From Candidatus Hydrogenedentota bacterium (GTDB lineage: Bacteria > Hydrogenedentota > Hydrogenedentia > Hydrogenedentales > SLHB01), in NCBI GenBank assembly GCA_963745075.1, contig CAVUWV010000012.1, positions 170,380 to 234,379 on the forward strand: a stretch of DNA of 64,000 nucleotides, in the 5' to 3' direction. The notes beneath the pieces were generated by a model. It saw only the letters and a list, made by a program, of their open reading frames with translations. It did no database searches and had not been told where the DNA came from. The position numbers and the translations under genes are program-made. Positions 44,407 to 54,796 of the stretch are shown piece after piece. Position 1 is the first letter of the stretch. Each line of letters starts with the position of its first letter.

Positions 44407-46542
44407 ATGCTCTCACTAAATGATTGTCAACAAGCTGCGATTACTGCGCCTGACGGTCCCGTCCTCGTGTTGGCCGGTGCCGGGTCGGGGAAAACACGCG
44501 TGATCGTGGAACGAATCGCCTGGCTCGTCTCAGAACGGGGCGTGGACCCCCGCAACGTTCTGGCCCTGACCTTCACCAATAAGGCCGCGGCCGAAATGCG
44601 GGCCCGAACCGCCCTACGCTTGGAGACCGACGCGCTCAGTTCCTGGATGGGGACTTTCCACTCCTTCGGCTTGTTTATCCTGCGCCGCGAGATCGATAAG
44701 CTCGGGCGCCGCAAAGACTTCACCGTGTTCGACGATGCGGATCAACTGTCCCTCGTCAAACGGATCCTGAAAAGTCTCCCGGCCAACCGCGTCAATGCCT
44801 CCCCGCGCGAGATGCTCTCCTGGATAAGCCGGCTCAAGCAGGACCTGGCGACTCCCGAAGACCGGAAACCGGGTGACGTGGCCCACGACGAAGGATACGA
44901 ACTTGTCTGGCAGCGTTATCATGACGCCCTGGAGCAGTCCTCGGCCGTTGACTTTGATGATTTGCTGGTGTTGACCGCGCGGTTGCTGACCCAATACCCC
45001 GACGTTTCCGGGAAGTATCAGCGGCGGTTTCACCATGTACTGATCGATGAATATCAGGATACAAATCACGCCCAGTATTCCATCGCCAGAAGCCTGACGG
45101 ACCAACGCGGCAATATCTTTGTCGTGGGCGACGAAGACCAGGCAATCTACTCGTGGCGTGGCGCGGATATTCGCAACATCCTCGATTTTGAGAAGGATTA
45201 TCCCGACGCTCGCGTCATCCGGCTCGAACAGAATTACCGGAGCACGGCCTCCATCTTGGCCGCCGCCAACGCCGTGGTGTCGAACAACGCCTTGCGTCTG
45301 GGCAAGACCTTGCGTGCGGAGCAGCGTGGGGGAGAACGTGTTCGAGCCTACACGGCCGAAGACGGCGAAGCGGAAGCTACCTTCATCTCGGATGATATCG
45401 TGAAACGAAATCTGTCGCCGTCCCAGGTTGCGGTGCTCTACCGGACCAATGGCCAGGCTCGACTCCTCGAGGAAGCCTTTCGCCGGAAAGGGCTGGCCTA
45501 TACCATCGTCGGCGGCACCCAGTTCTACGGACGCAAGGAAATTAAAGATCTGCTCGCGTACTTGCGGGTAATCGCCAATCCCGCAGACGACGTCGCCCTG
45601 CGCAGAATCATCAACACGCCGCCGCGCGGGATGGGGGCCAAGACCCTCGAACAGCTTGATGCGTACGTCCGGGAGCGCGGTGAATCGCTCTACCAGGTCC
45701 TGCGGGATGTGGAAACGGACCAGACTTTTTCCGCCCGCGCCCGCGACGCCATCACCGGCTTCGTGCACATCATCGACGATCTGGGGCTCGAGGCCAAAAC
45801 CGCCGCATTGCCCGGCTTGGTCGAATCGCTCTTGGACCGCACGGGCTACCGGGCCTACCTACAACATACGGACGAACGCGACTTCCGCACCCGTCTGGAA
45901 ATGGTTGACGAATTCCTTTCCGCCTGCGTGTCATACGCAAAGCGTGAGAACGGCTCGCTGGCGGAATTTCTACAAGAGCTTTCCCTCGTCTCCGACGTGG
46001 ACAATTGGGACGATTCCGCCCCCACGGCGGCCCTCATGACCTGCCACTCCGCGAAGGGTCTTGAGTTCGATCACATCTACCTGATAGGGTTGGAAGAAGG
46101 GCTGCTGCCCCATGCCAGTTCGCTTGATTCCGAGGAAAGAATTGAAGAAGAACGGCGCCTTTGCTACGTTGCGATGACCCGGGCGCGCAAGTCGCTTACC
46201 CTGTGCTCGGCGCGCGTACGAACGTTGTTTGGCGAGACCGTCCACTGCAAACCGTCGCGGTTTCTGGAGGAGATCTCCCGGGACACGCTCGACTTCGTCG
46301 GCCGCGCAGACGCACCGGTTGTTCGCGCTTCGGAGTCGATGCCGGCCGTAGCGGCGGCTCAGGCAGGCGGTCTGCGGATCGGCACACGCGTCTGGCACGC
46401 GAAATTCGGGAAGGGAACCGTGATGCAAACCTCCGGTTCCGGAGCGAAACTTCGGGCTCGGATTCGGTTTCAGACCGGACGGTCCCGTGAGTTCATGGTC
46501 AGTGCCGCACCGATCAAGATTCTGGATGGAGACAGCCGGTGA
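44407..46542 (+). CDS. pcrA: ATP-dependent DNA helicase PcrA/UvrD
   Basis: AGAGSGKT, DEYQDTN, QNYRS, HSAKGLEF, EERRLCYVAMTRA, C-terminal Tudor-like HAKFGKG. Confidence 0.95.
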   Translation: MLSLNDCQQAAITAPDGPVLVLAGAGSGKTRVIVERIAWLVSERGVDPRNVLALTFTNKAAAEMRARTALRLETDALSSWMGTFHSFGLFILRREIDKLGRRKDFTVFDDADQLSLVKRILKSLPANRVNASPREMLSWISRLKQDLATPEDRKPGDVAHDEGYELVWQRYHDALEQSSAVDFDDLLVLTARLLTQYPDVSGKYQRRFHHVLIDEYQDTNHAQYSIARSLTDQRGNIFVVGDEDQAIYSWRGADIRNILDFEKDYPDARVIRLEQNYRSTASILAAANAVVSNNALRLGKTLRAEQRGGERVRAYTAEDGEAEATFISDDIVKRNLSPSQVAVLYRTNGQARLLEEAFRRKGLAYTIVGGTQFYGRKEIKDLLAYLRVIANPADDVALRRIINTPPRGMGAKTLEQLDAYVRERGESLYQVLRDVETDQTFSARARDAITGFVHIIDDLGLEAKTAALPGLVESLLDRTGYRAYLQHTDERDFRTRLEMVDEFLSACVSYAKRENGSLAEFLQELSLVSDVDNWDDSAPTAALMTCHSAKGLEFDHIYLIGLEEGLLPHASSLDSEERIEEERRLCYVAMTRARKSLTLCSARVRTLFGETVHCKPSRFLEEISRDTLDFVGRADAPVVRASESMPAVAAAQAGGLRIGTRVWHAKFGKGTVMQTSGSGAKLRARIRFQTGRSREFMVSAAPIKILDGDSR

Positions 46543-47609
46543 CACTCGAAGATTTGCGCGCCAGGATCGACAGCCTGGATGCCGAGATTCTTAAGCTCTT
46601 GAATGAGCGGGCCAAGTGCGCCCTCGATATCGGCGAAATCAAACGGTCGAAAAACTCCGAGTACTACGTCCCCGAGCGCGAAAAGACCATCTTCGACAAG
46701 GTGCGCGCCGCGAATCCCGGCCCCCTTCCCGAAACCGCCATCAAGGCCATTTACCGGGAAATCATCAGCGCCGTCCGCGCGCTGGAAAAGCCACTCGAGA
46801 TCGCCTTTCTCGGTCCCAAGGACACCTTCAGCCATATGGCTGCTCGTCGCATCTTCGGATCGAGTGCCGAATTTCTTCCCGTTCCCACCGTGGAAGACAT
46901 CTTCGCCGAAGTGGAGCGAAAACGGGCGGATTACGGCGTGGTGCCCGTCGAAACGGCCATGGGCGGCGGCGTCAGCGATACGCTGGACCGGTTCGTCACG
47001 TCGGACCTCAAGATCATCAACGAAGTTATGCTGCACGTGAATCAGAATCTCCTGTCCAACAGCCCGATCGAGGAGATCAAGCACGTCTACTCGAAGGTCC
47101 AGCCCTTCGTTCAGTGCCGGAACTGGCTCAAGGCCAACCTGCCCACGGCCGACTTGGTCGAGACCGCGAGCACCGCGGAAGCCGCCCGCATTGCAGCGAA
47201 CACCCCGGGCGCAGCCGCCATCGCCAGTACACTCGCTGCCGAGACGTATTCCATCGCGATCGTCGCCCGCGGCATCGAGGATAGCCCCAACAATTTCACG
47301 CGTTTCTTCGTCATCGGCCGGCACATGGCCAAGCCTTCGGGCAACGACAAGACCGCGGTACTGTGCTCCATTACCGACCATCAAGGCGCACTCTACGAGC
47401 TGTTGAAACCCATGGCGGAACAGGGGATCAACCTGACGCGAATCGAATCGCGTCCATCCCAGAAGCGCGCCTGGGAGTACGTGTTCTTCATCGACGTGCT
47501 CGGGCATGTCGATGAGCCCAAAATCCGAAAAGCCATCGACCAACTCGCAAACCAGTGCAAAGAACTCAAAATCTTGGGATCTTTCCCCTGTGGGGAATTG
47601 GAAGATTAG
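46539..47609 (+). CDS. pheA: Chorismate mutase / prephenate dehydratase
   Basis: LRARIDSLD (CM), NFTRF, LTRIESRP (ACT). Confidence 0.96.
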   Translation: MTLEDLRARIDSLDAEILKLLNERAKCALDIGEIKRSKNSEYYVPEREKTIFDKVRAANPGPLPETAIKAIYREIISAVRALEKPLEIAFLGPKDTFSHMAARRIFGSSAEFLPVPTVEDIFAEVERKRADYGVVPVETAMGGGVSDTLDRFVTSDLKIINEVMLHVNQNLLSNSPIEEIKHVYSKVQPFVQCRNWLKANLPTADLVETASTAEAARIAANTPGAAAIASTLAAETYSIAIVARGIEDSPNNFTRFFVIGRHMAKPSGNDKTAVLCSITDHQGALYELLKPMAEQGINLTRIESRPSQKRAWEYVFFIDVLGHVDEPKIRKAIDQLANQCKELKILGSFPCGELED

Positions 47610-47662
47610 CGAATTCGCTGGTTTGACAGACCGGCCCGAGTTCGCCGAGGAGGATAACGACG

Positions 47663-48442
47663 TTGAAGAAAGCCCTGCCCTATATCGCCGTGGTAGTCGT
47701 CGGCCTGGTGGCCCTTTATCTTGTTTACGATTTTCAGACCAATCGACTGACGGTCAAACGGCAACAGGATATACGCCAAGCCGAACAACGGCTCTCGGAC
47801 GTGGAAGCGGAAGCAGATGAGACCGCCGACGAGCAATCGGATCGGGCTCCCGACCAATTCAAGGTTGCTTTTGATTGTTCGAACGGCACATTTGTGGTGG
47901 AGTGCCATCGGGACTGGGCGCCGAACGGTGTGGACCGGTTTTACAAACTCGTCAAATCCGGGTTCTACAATGACAACCGCGTTTTCCGGGTCGTGAAGAG
48001 TTTCGCGGCCCAGTTCGGCATTTCCGGCCAACCAGCACTGAACGCCCAATGGATGCAGTCGACCATACCGGACGATCCGGTGAAAGAATCCAACACCCGT
48101 GGCCGGCTCACATTCGCCGCCGGCCGCGATCCGCACTCACGCTCGACGCAGGTTTTCATAAACCTCGCCAACAACCTCCGCCTGGACAGCATGGGATTCG
48201 CGCCCATCGGCGAAGTTGTCGAGGGTATGGAGACCGTCGACGGATTCTTTTCCGGATACGGAGAGCAAGTGACGAATCTGCAGCAGAAGATTGCCGGGGA
48301 AGGAAACGGGTTCCTCGATCAAAACTTTCCAAAACTCAGCACCATCAAACGGGCGCACATTGTCAGTGTCAACGGCGCGGAATCGGAAGGCGATTCCACT
48401 GCTGAACCCGTCGGAACGTCCGATTCCGGCGCCACGAACTAG
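47663..48442 (+). CDS. Membrane-anchored cyclophilin-type PPIase
   Basis: N-terminal TM; WAPNGVDRF, FRVV, QFG, RSTQVFINL. Confidence 0.88.
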   Translation: MKKALPYIAVVVVGLVALYLVYDFQTNRLTVKRQQDIRQAEQRLSDVEAEADETADEQSDRAPDQFKVAFDCSNGTFVVECHRDWAPNGVDRFYKLVKSGFYNDNRVFRVVKSFAAQFGISGQPALNAQWMQSTIPDDPVKESNTRGRLTFAAGRDPHSRSTQVFINLANNLRLDSMGFAPIGEVVEGMETVDGFFSGYGEQVTNLQQKIAGEGNGFLDQNFPKLSTIKRAHIVSVNGAESEGDSTAEPVGTSDSGATN

Positions 48443-48453
48443 GGAGTTTACTG

Positions 48454-48990
48454 ATGCCAGCAGCCGTCCCGGATACCTTCAAGATTACGTTCGAGTGCTC
48501 CAATGGCGTATTCGTTCTGGAATGTACGCGCGCGTGGGCGCCCCACGGCGTGGACCGTCTGTACGACTTGGTCAACCGCGGTTTCTATGACGATGCGCGG
48601 TTCTTTCGCGTGGTGACCAATCCGCGACCCTTCGTCATCCAATTTGGAATTCCCGCCGACCCCGAAGTGGCGGCACAATGGCGCGATGCCACGATCCCTG
48701 ACGATCCGGTGATCGAGACCAATGCGCCGGGAACCGTTACGTTTGCCACCGCCGGACCCAACACGCGGACCACGCAGCTTTTTGTCAACCTGGGCGACAA
48801 TGCCTTTCTCGACAGCCAGGGATTTTCGCCCATCGGCCGAATTGTCGAGGGACTTGATGTGGTTCAGGCCATCAACGACGAGTACGGCGAACGGCCCGAC
48901 CAGGGGCGAATCCAGCAACAAGGGAACGAGTATTTGAATACAACTTTCCCAAACATGGACTATATTAAGGCGACTCGTATCGAAGAATGA
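48454..48990 (+). CDS. Cyclophilin-type PPIase
   Basis: WAPHGVDRL, FFRVV, RTTQLFVNL. Confidence 0.9.
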   Translation: MPAAVPDTFKITFECSNGVFVLECTRAWAPHGVDRLYDLVNRGFYDDARFFRVVTNPRPFVIQFGIPADPEVAAQWRDATIPDDPVIETNAPGTVTFATAGPNTRTTQLFVNLGDNAFLDSQGFSPIGRIVEGLDVVQAINDEYGERPDQGRIQQQGNEYLNTTFPNMDYIKATRIEE

Positions 48991-49047
48991 CCGGGCTGTA
49001 TCGAGCGGCGCGGTGAACGACGCGCGGCTTCGCGTGGAAGGGTTTGT

Positions 49048-50034
49048 ATGAGCAGTGTCGTCCGTTGGGGAATTCTAAGTACGGCACGCATTGGGCGTGC
49101 CCTCATTCAAGGCATCGGGGATTCCGGCGAGAATTGCGTTCAGGCAGTGGCCAGCCGCGAGTGGACCCGCGCCTCGGAATGGGCCAAGGAGTACGGTGTG
49201 CCCCGGGCGTTTGGCTCCTACGACGACATGCTGAATTCCGGTGAAATCAGCGCCGTCTACAATCCTCTTCCAAACAGCATGCACGCCGAGTGGACCCTTA
49301 AGGCCCTCGAAGCGGGCTTGCCGGTGCTTTGTGAGAAGCCGTTCACGCTCAATTCGGCTGAAGCGCGCGAAGTCGCCGCCGTGGCAAAACGCAAGGGGTT
49401 GCCCGTTGCAGAAGCCTTCATGTACCGCTTCCATCCCATCTACGACCGCGTTCTCGATACCATTGCGTCGGGTTCGATCGGTGACGTGATGGCAATTCGA
49501 TCGGCGTTCACCTTCCGATTACCGGACAAGAACAATATCCGATGGAGCACCGATCTGGGCGGCGGCGCATTGATGGATCTCGGGTGCTACTGCGTGAGCC
49601 TCAGCCGGATGATCGCGGGTTGCGAGCCGATCCGGGCCGGCGGCATCGAACGGCGGTCCGGTGTCGACGGCACCATGATTGGCGTCCTCGAATTCCCGGG
49701 CAACGTGCTGGCCCATTTCGAGGTTAGTTTCGAACAGTATGGCCGCTCCTTCGCCGAGATCGAAGGAACCGATGGCGTCATCATACTGCAACGGCCTTGG
49801 TTTCCGGGCGAACATACCGCCGAATTCCTGATCCGGCGGGAAGGTCGCGAGGAAACCGTTTCAGTGCCCGGTGCGAATTCCTATCGTTTGGAGGTCGAAG
49901 ACTTCGGCCGGGCGTGCCGGACCCGGCAGGCGGCGCGTTGGTCCGTGGACGATGCCGTTGCGAACATGGCCGCGATCGATTCGTTGTACCAGTCCGCTTG
50001 GGTGCACCATCCCGTCCAAGTGTCGACGTCCTGA
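49048..50034 (+). CDS. Gfo/Idh/MocA oxidoreductase
   Basis: WGILSTARI, VLCEKP, GGGALMDLGCY. Confidence 0.92.
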   Translation: MSSVVRWGILSTARIGRALIQGIGDSGENCVQAVASREWTRASEWAKEYGVPRAFGSYDDMLNSGEISAVYNPLPNSMHAEWTLKALEAGLPVLCEKPFTLNSAEAREVAAVAKRKGLPVAEAFMYRFHPIYDRVLDTIASGSIGDVMAIRSAFTFRLPDKNNIRWSTDLGGGALMDLGCYCVSLSRMIAGCEPIRAGGIERRSGVDGTMIGVLEFPGNVLAHFEVSFEQYGRSFAEIEGTDGVIILQRPWFPGEHTAEFLIRREGREETVSVPGANSYRLEVEDFGRACRTRQAARWSVDDAVANMAAIDSLYQSAWVHHPVQVSTS

Positions 50035-50052
50035 ATCGGCGGATCCCTCGCA

Positions 50053-50526
50053 ATGTCTCCGGAAACGCCTTCCCCAGAATCCGCATCTCTCCCCGGACTG
50101 GCGATCCGAATTGCCGCGCTCGAGGAAATCGTCGATCTTCGCGACGAAGTCATAATCAAAGGAACCGGCCGGTCGAACCCCGAATTCGACGGAGACCGCG
50201 ATTCCGACACCATCCATATCGGCGCCTTCGAGGGGCGACGAACCGTCGGGTGTGCGACGTTCTTGCGAAGCGTCTGGAACGAGGAGCCGGCCTGGCAATT
50301 GCGCGGAATGGCGACGGCCGGCGACATGCGCCGTCGTGGCGTTGGCGCCGCCGTGCTGACAGAAGCGGAGCGGATTCTACGGGACCGCTCGGCAACACGC
50401 CTGCTGTGGTGCAACGCCCGGCACGTGGCGGTCGAGTTCTACCTGCGGCAAGGCTGGACATCAGCCTCAGACGAATTCCCGACCCCCGGCATCGGCATGC
50501 AGCGCAAAATGACGAAACGATTCTGA
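50053..50526 (+). CDS. GNAT acetyltransferase
   Basis: QLRGMAT...RRRGVG, WCNAR..AVEFY. Confidence 0.88.
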   Translation: MSPETPSPESASLPGLAIRIAALEEIVDLRDEVIIKGTGRSNPEFDGDRDSDTIHIGAFEGRRTVGCATFLRSVWNEEPAWQLRGMATAGDMRRRGVGAAVLTEAERILRDRSATRLLWCNARHVAVEFYLRQGWTSASDEFPTPGIGMQRKMTKRF

Positions 50527-50531
50527 TGGCG

Positions 50532-51314
50532 CTACGTCCGGGTGTCCGGGTCCCACTTCGGGAGCCGTTTCTCCGTGAATGCCCGCATTCCTTCCAACGC
50601 CTCGTCTGAGGCACGCACTTCGTTATGCCATTTCATTGCTTGCATCAGATCGTCTTCCAACGAAGTTGGCCACAGCGTATCGAGCAATTCGCGCGATCGC
50701 TTGACGGCGCCGGGAGCGCCTTTTAGAACCGATGCCCCCAGTTCCAGTGCGGTCGGCATTAGGTCTTGTTCTGCAACGACCCGGTTCACGAGACTCATCG
50801 TCTGCGCGGTACGCGCATCGACGAGTTCCCCGAGGATCAACAATTCCCGCGTCACGCGATCGCTGACTTGCCGCCTCAGCAGGGTGGTTACGAGTCCGGC
50901 AACCAATCCGCGCCTCACTTCAGGATATCCAATCTTCGTATCCTCCGCCGCCACCACCAAATCGCAGGCCGTCATCAGGCCCGCGCCACCCGCAACGGCC
51001 GCGCCGTGAACGGCCGCAATCGTCGCCGCGCGCGACGCGTGTACGGTCAGCAATATGCGCGCGATCAGTTCCGCGGATTGGTGAGCGCCGGTGGCATCTT
51101 GGGCTTCCGCCAGATCCAGTCCCGCACAGAATACCGGCCCGTCGCCCGCCAAGACGATGACCCGGACGGATTCATCGTCATTCAGGACCTCAAAACCATC
51201 GCAGAGCGCCGTCATCAATGGCACGTTCAATGCGTTGCGCTTGTCCGGGCGGTTCAGCCTCACCACGACGATGCCGGGCGTATCTCGGATCACGCGAATC
51301 AGCGTTTCACTCAT
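50532..51314 (-). CDS. Enoyl-CoA hydratase (methylglutaconyl-CoA hydratase-like)
   Basis: LNRPDKRNAL, FCAGLDL, AGGAGL, PEVRRG. Confidence 0.9.
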   Translation of the reverse strand: MSETLIRVIRDTPGIVVVRLNRPDKRNALNVPLMTALCDGFEVLNDDESVRVIVLAGDGPVFCAGLDLAEAQDATGAHQSAELIARILLTVHASRAATIAAVHGAAVAGGAGLMTACDLVVAAEDTKIGYPEVRRGLVAGLVTTLLRRQVSDRVTRELLILGELVDARTAQTMSLVNRVVAEQDLMPTALELGASVLKGAPGAVKRSRELLDTLWPTSLEDDLMQAMKWHNEVRASDEALEGMRAFTEKRLPKWDPDTRT

Positions 51315-51679
51315 CGTGCGGCATCCTCCTCCGCCACACACCCCGCGAAGATGTCCTCCGGAATCTCTAGAAGCATCTCCAGCGCGATTTGTCCCAATGC
51401 CTTGCCCTGCGCGTCAATGCGCAGAGACCGGCTGCCACCACCCGCCAGCACGTTGACCAGAACGAAATTCAGTGTGTGCAGTTTCGGTACCTCGTACCGC
51501 TCCACCGCGTCGCATCCCATGGGCTGGAAATACCGTGCCAAAACGTCCTCCGTGAGATGTTCGGCCAGATAGCCGTATCCCGCCGCGGTCCGCGCAAACA
51601 CGCCCAAGGTCGCGCTGGCGCCCTTGTCACCACTGCGCGCGTGGGCGATGTCGCCAAGTCGTATCGTACGATCCACCAT
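51311..51679 (-). CDS. AtuA C-terminal-like small protein
   Basis: AHARSGDKG, LAGGGSRSLRIDAQGK. Confidence 0.85.
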   Translation of the reverse strand: MVDRTIRLGDIAHARSGDKGASATLGVFARTAAGYGYLAEHLTEDVLARYFQPMGCDAVERYEVPKLHTLNFVLVNVLAGGGSRSLRIDAQGKALGQIALEMLLEIPEDIFAGCVAEEDAAR

Positions 51680-51723
51680 ATATCTTCTCTTTCCATTCGC
51701 CGTTCGAGCGGCCTCCCCCGAAT

Positions 51724-53088
51724 CTAAATGGCCACAATCTCGACCTTGGGCGAGACATCCTTCTTGGGAATCAAGCAGGGCCAATACCCAAACACGGGAC
51801 TCACCCGCGGCCGCCCGCCGGAGAATCCCGTGACACCCTGCGGACCACTGGTGACCAGCGGAGCGAGTTCGCGCGAAAACCGTTCGACCGCGTCTTTTCG
51901 AGGATCGGCCACACTGATGCGCAGCACGGTCTCCAGCAAGTCGGGTTCGGGGAACATACCAGGCGCGCAGGCGCCCGCACCGAGACATTCGACTTCATAG
52001 CGTTCCAGTTCCACTCCCGCTCGAAGCAAACGCTCCCGCACAATCTCACCGCATCGCTTTGCCTTTGCTACGGCGTTGTGCCCGAAAATGGTCAACGTGC
52101 CTTGGGCCCAGTAGCCGTCCCGATACGTTGCGCTGACTTTGTACATGTCCGTCGCCGGTTTGCCCTTCGCGCCGCGTACGCGGACACGGTCGTTCCCGGA
52201 CTGGTCAAGCCGGATATCCAACATCGACACCGTCGCGTCTGGGCTCAGATACTTACCCGGGTCGCCGATTTCGTAGAAGAGCTGTTCCTTAACGGTCTCG
52301 ACCGTGACGCACCCGCCGCTTTCCGGCGGTTTGGTTACGACACATGCCCCATCTTCGTACAACTCGACGAACGGAAAGCCCATGTCTTCCGGATTGGGCA
52401 CATCCAACCAGTTCGTGGAAATGCCTCCCGTTACCTGAGTACCGCATTCGATGATGTGTCCGGCGACCAGTGCGCCTGCAATGCGGTGATAGTCCTCCCA
52501 ATCCCAGCCGTAATGAAAGACCGCAGGTCCCAGCACCAACGACGGGTCGGCGACGCGCCCGGTGATAACGATGTCCGCGCCTGCCGCGAGTGCGTTCGCA
52601 ACAGGCCGTGCACCGAAGTAGGCATTTGCCGTGACCAACCGATTCAGCACGTCGCCGATGGGCGCGCCGGTTTCGAGATTACGGAACGGGTCGCCAAGTG
52701 GATTTTTCGTCGCACGGACTTGGTCCAAGACATCGTCACCGCGAACGACTCCAATGGTAAGCCCCGTGCACCCCAGTTCACGCAATGCCGCCGCGCACGC
52801 TTCCGCGCAGCCTATGGGATTCAAACCGCCCCCGTTGGTAACCACCCGGCACCGCGAACCGCTCTTCCACTCCGGCGCCAACGAACGGACCACGTCCACG
52901 AAATCTTGCGCAAAGCCGCGCGTCGGGTCCCGCTGTTGTTGGGCCGCCATGATGCTGAGCGAGACCTCGGCCAGGTAGTCCAGCGTCAGGTAGTCGAGGT
53001 CCGGCTGTTGCGCCAATAGGGTGGCCGGCGCATCGACCGCATCACCCCAGAATCCCTGGGCGTTCCCTATTCGTATGCAATCACTCAT
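51724..53088 (-). CDS. Acyclic terpene utilisation AtuA family protein (DUF1446)
   Basis: GNAQGFWGD, DYLAE, TGRVADP, GHIIECG.QVTGG, EQLFYEI. Confidence 0.92.
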   Translation of the reverse strand: MSDCIRIGNAQGFWGDAVDAPATLLAQQPDLDYLTLDYLAEVSLSIMAAQQQRDPTRGFAQDFVDVVRSLAPEWKSGSRCRVVTNGGGLNPIGCAEACAAALRELGCTGLTIGVVRGDDVLDQVRATKNPLGDPFRNLETGAPIGDVLNRLVTANAYFGARPVANALAAGADIVITGRVADPSLVLGPAVFHYGWDWEDYHRIAGALVAGHIIECGTQVTGGISTNWLDVPNPEDMGFPFVELYEDGACVVTKPPESGGCVTVETVKEQLFYEIGDPGKYLSPDATVSMLDIRLDQSGNDRVRVRGAKGKPATDMYKVSATYRDGYWAQGTLTIFGHNAVAKAKRCGEIVRERLLRAGVELERYEVECLGAGACAPGMFPEPDLLETVLRISVADPRKDAVERFSRELAPLVTSGPQGVTGFSGGRPRVSPVFGYWPCLIPKKDVSPKVEIVAI

Positions 53089-53098
53089 TTCACCACCG

Positions 53099-54730
53099 TC
53101 ACGTTTGAATCACGCCCGTGTGAAAACGCGCGGGCGGCGGCGTGCGTGAAACCAGTTCCAAAGTCCGAATCAACACGTCACGGGTCGTGTGAGGTGCGAT
53201 AATCGCATCCACCCAGCCGCGAGCCGCCCCATACCGGATATCGGTTTGTTCTTGATAGCCCTCTTTGACGTCTTCCCGAAGCCGCTCGAGTGCGTCGTGA
53301 TCGAATTCCTTCCCGTCGCGCTCGGCGGCCTTCTTCAAAATCGTGAACACGGTACCCGAAGCCTGATCGGCGCCCATCACCGCATATTTGGCGTTGGGCC
53401 ACGCGAATATGAACCGCGGGTCATAGGCCTTGCCACACAGGGCGTAGTTCCCTGCGCCGAACGAACCGCCGACCACGACGGTGATCTTCGGCACCACGGA
53501 ATTGCTCACCGCGCTCACCAACTTGGCGCCGCTGCGAATGATACCGGATTGTTCCGCATCGCGGCCGACCATAAACCCGACGACATCCTGAAAGAACACC
53601 AGGGGCAGGCCCGATTGGTTACAGTCCATCACGAACCGTGCCGCCTTGTCCGCGCTGTCCGCGTAAATGACGCCGCCGATCTGCATTCCTTCCGTCTGCG
53701 ACTGACACCGCTTGCGCTGGTTGGCCACAATGCCCACGGCTGTGCCACCAATCTTCGCGTAGGTCGTAACCAGCGTTTGGCCGTAATCCGCCTTAAACTC
53801 GTTTAGGGTGTCCTTGTCAACCACGCACGCGAGCAGATCGCGCACGTCGAATTCCTTTCGCCCGTCGCCGCTTACCAAGTCATATACGTGTTCCGGGTCC
53901 GACGCAGTCGGTGAGACCGTCGCTGCCGGATTGCCGCCCCATCGCGCGGCTGGAAACAATTCGACTAGACCGCGGATGCGCGCCAGGCAAGCGGGGTCGT
54001 CGGGCTCACGAAAGTCGATGGTCCCGCTGACCGCGGCGTGCATCTTCGCCCCGCCCAGTTCCTCGGCGTCGATCACCTGCCCAATTGCCGCTTTGACCAG
54101 CGCCGGCCCGGCCAGGTACAAACCGCTGCCTTCGGTCATCAACAGTTTGTCGCACAGGACCGGCAGGTACGCGCCGCCCGCGATGCAATTTCCCATAATG
54201 GCCGCAATCTGGGGAATTCCCGCCGCAGACAGGACCGCGTTGTTGCGAAAGATTCGCCCGAAATCGTCCTCGTCCGGAAAGATCTCGTCTTGCATGGGGA
54301 GATACACGCCCGCCGAGTCCACGAGATAGACGATCGGCAACGCGCATTCGTACGCGATGCGCTGCGCACGTAACAGTTTCTTGCAGGTCTGAGGAAAAAA
54401 TGCGCCGGCCTTGACGGTCGCGTCGTTTGCAATGACCATGCACGGGCGCGCGTGAATGTTTCCGATCCCGGCGACCACGCCTGCGGCGGGTACGTTGCCG
54501 GCTTCCGGATACATTTTGTATGCAGCCCACAAGCCCAGTTCGAAGAACTGACCGGGTTCATCCACTAGCAGTTCGATACGCTCCCGTGCCGTCAACCGGC
54601 CCAGGCGCTTCTGCCGTTCCCGGCCGCCGCCTTCGCGCAACACGGCTTCCTGCGCGAGGATTGCGTCAGAGAGGGCGCGAAGCGACTTACGCTCGTCTGT
54701 CTTAGTCGTGGTCACGTGTAGAACCTGCAA
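53099..54730 (-). CDS. Acyl-CoA carboxylase carboxyltransferase (beta) subunit
   Basis: ANDATVKAG, VDSAG, LGGAKMH, GGSFGAGNY. Confidence 0.93.
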   Translation of the reverse strand: MQVLHVTTTKTDERKSLRALSDAILAQEAVLREGGGRERQKRLGRLTARERIELLVDEPGQFFELGLWAAYKMYPEAGNVPAAGVVAGIGNIHARPCMVIANDATVKAGAFFPQTCKKLLRAQRIAYECALPIVYLVDSAGVYLPMQDEIFPDEDDFGRIFRNNAVLSAAGIPQIAAIMGNCIAGGAYLPVLCDKLLMTEGSGLYLAGPALVKAAIGQVIDAEELGGAKMHAAVSGTIDFREPDDPACLARIRGLVELFPAARWGGNPAATVSPTASDPEHVYDLVSGDGRKEFDVRDLLACVVDKDTLNEFKADYGQTLVTTYAKIGGTAVGIVANQRKRCQSQTEGMQIGGVIYADSADKAARFVMDCNQSGLPLVFFQDVVGFMVGRDAEQSGIIRSGAKLVSAVSNSVVPKITVVVGGSFGAGNYALCGKAYDPRFIFAWPNAKYAVMGADQASGTVFTILKKAAERDGKEFDHDALERLREDVKEGYQEQTDIRYGAARGWVDAIIAPHTTRDVLIRTLELVSRTPPPARFHTGVIQT

Positions 54731-54796
54731 TCTTGTTGCGTGTCCTTCAGAACACCCGCGATTATGAGGGCGCCAAACTCACCTTGTCCAGATCCG

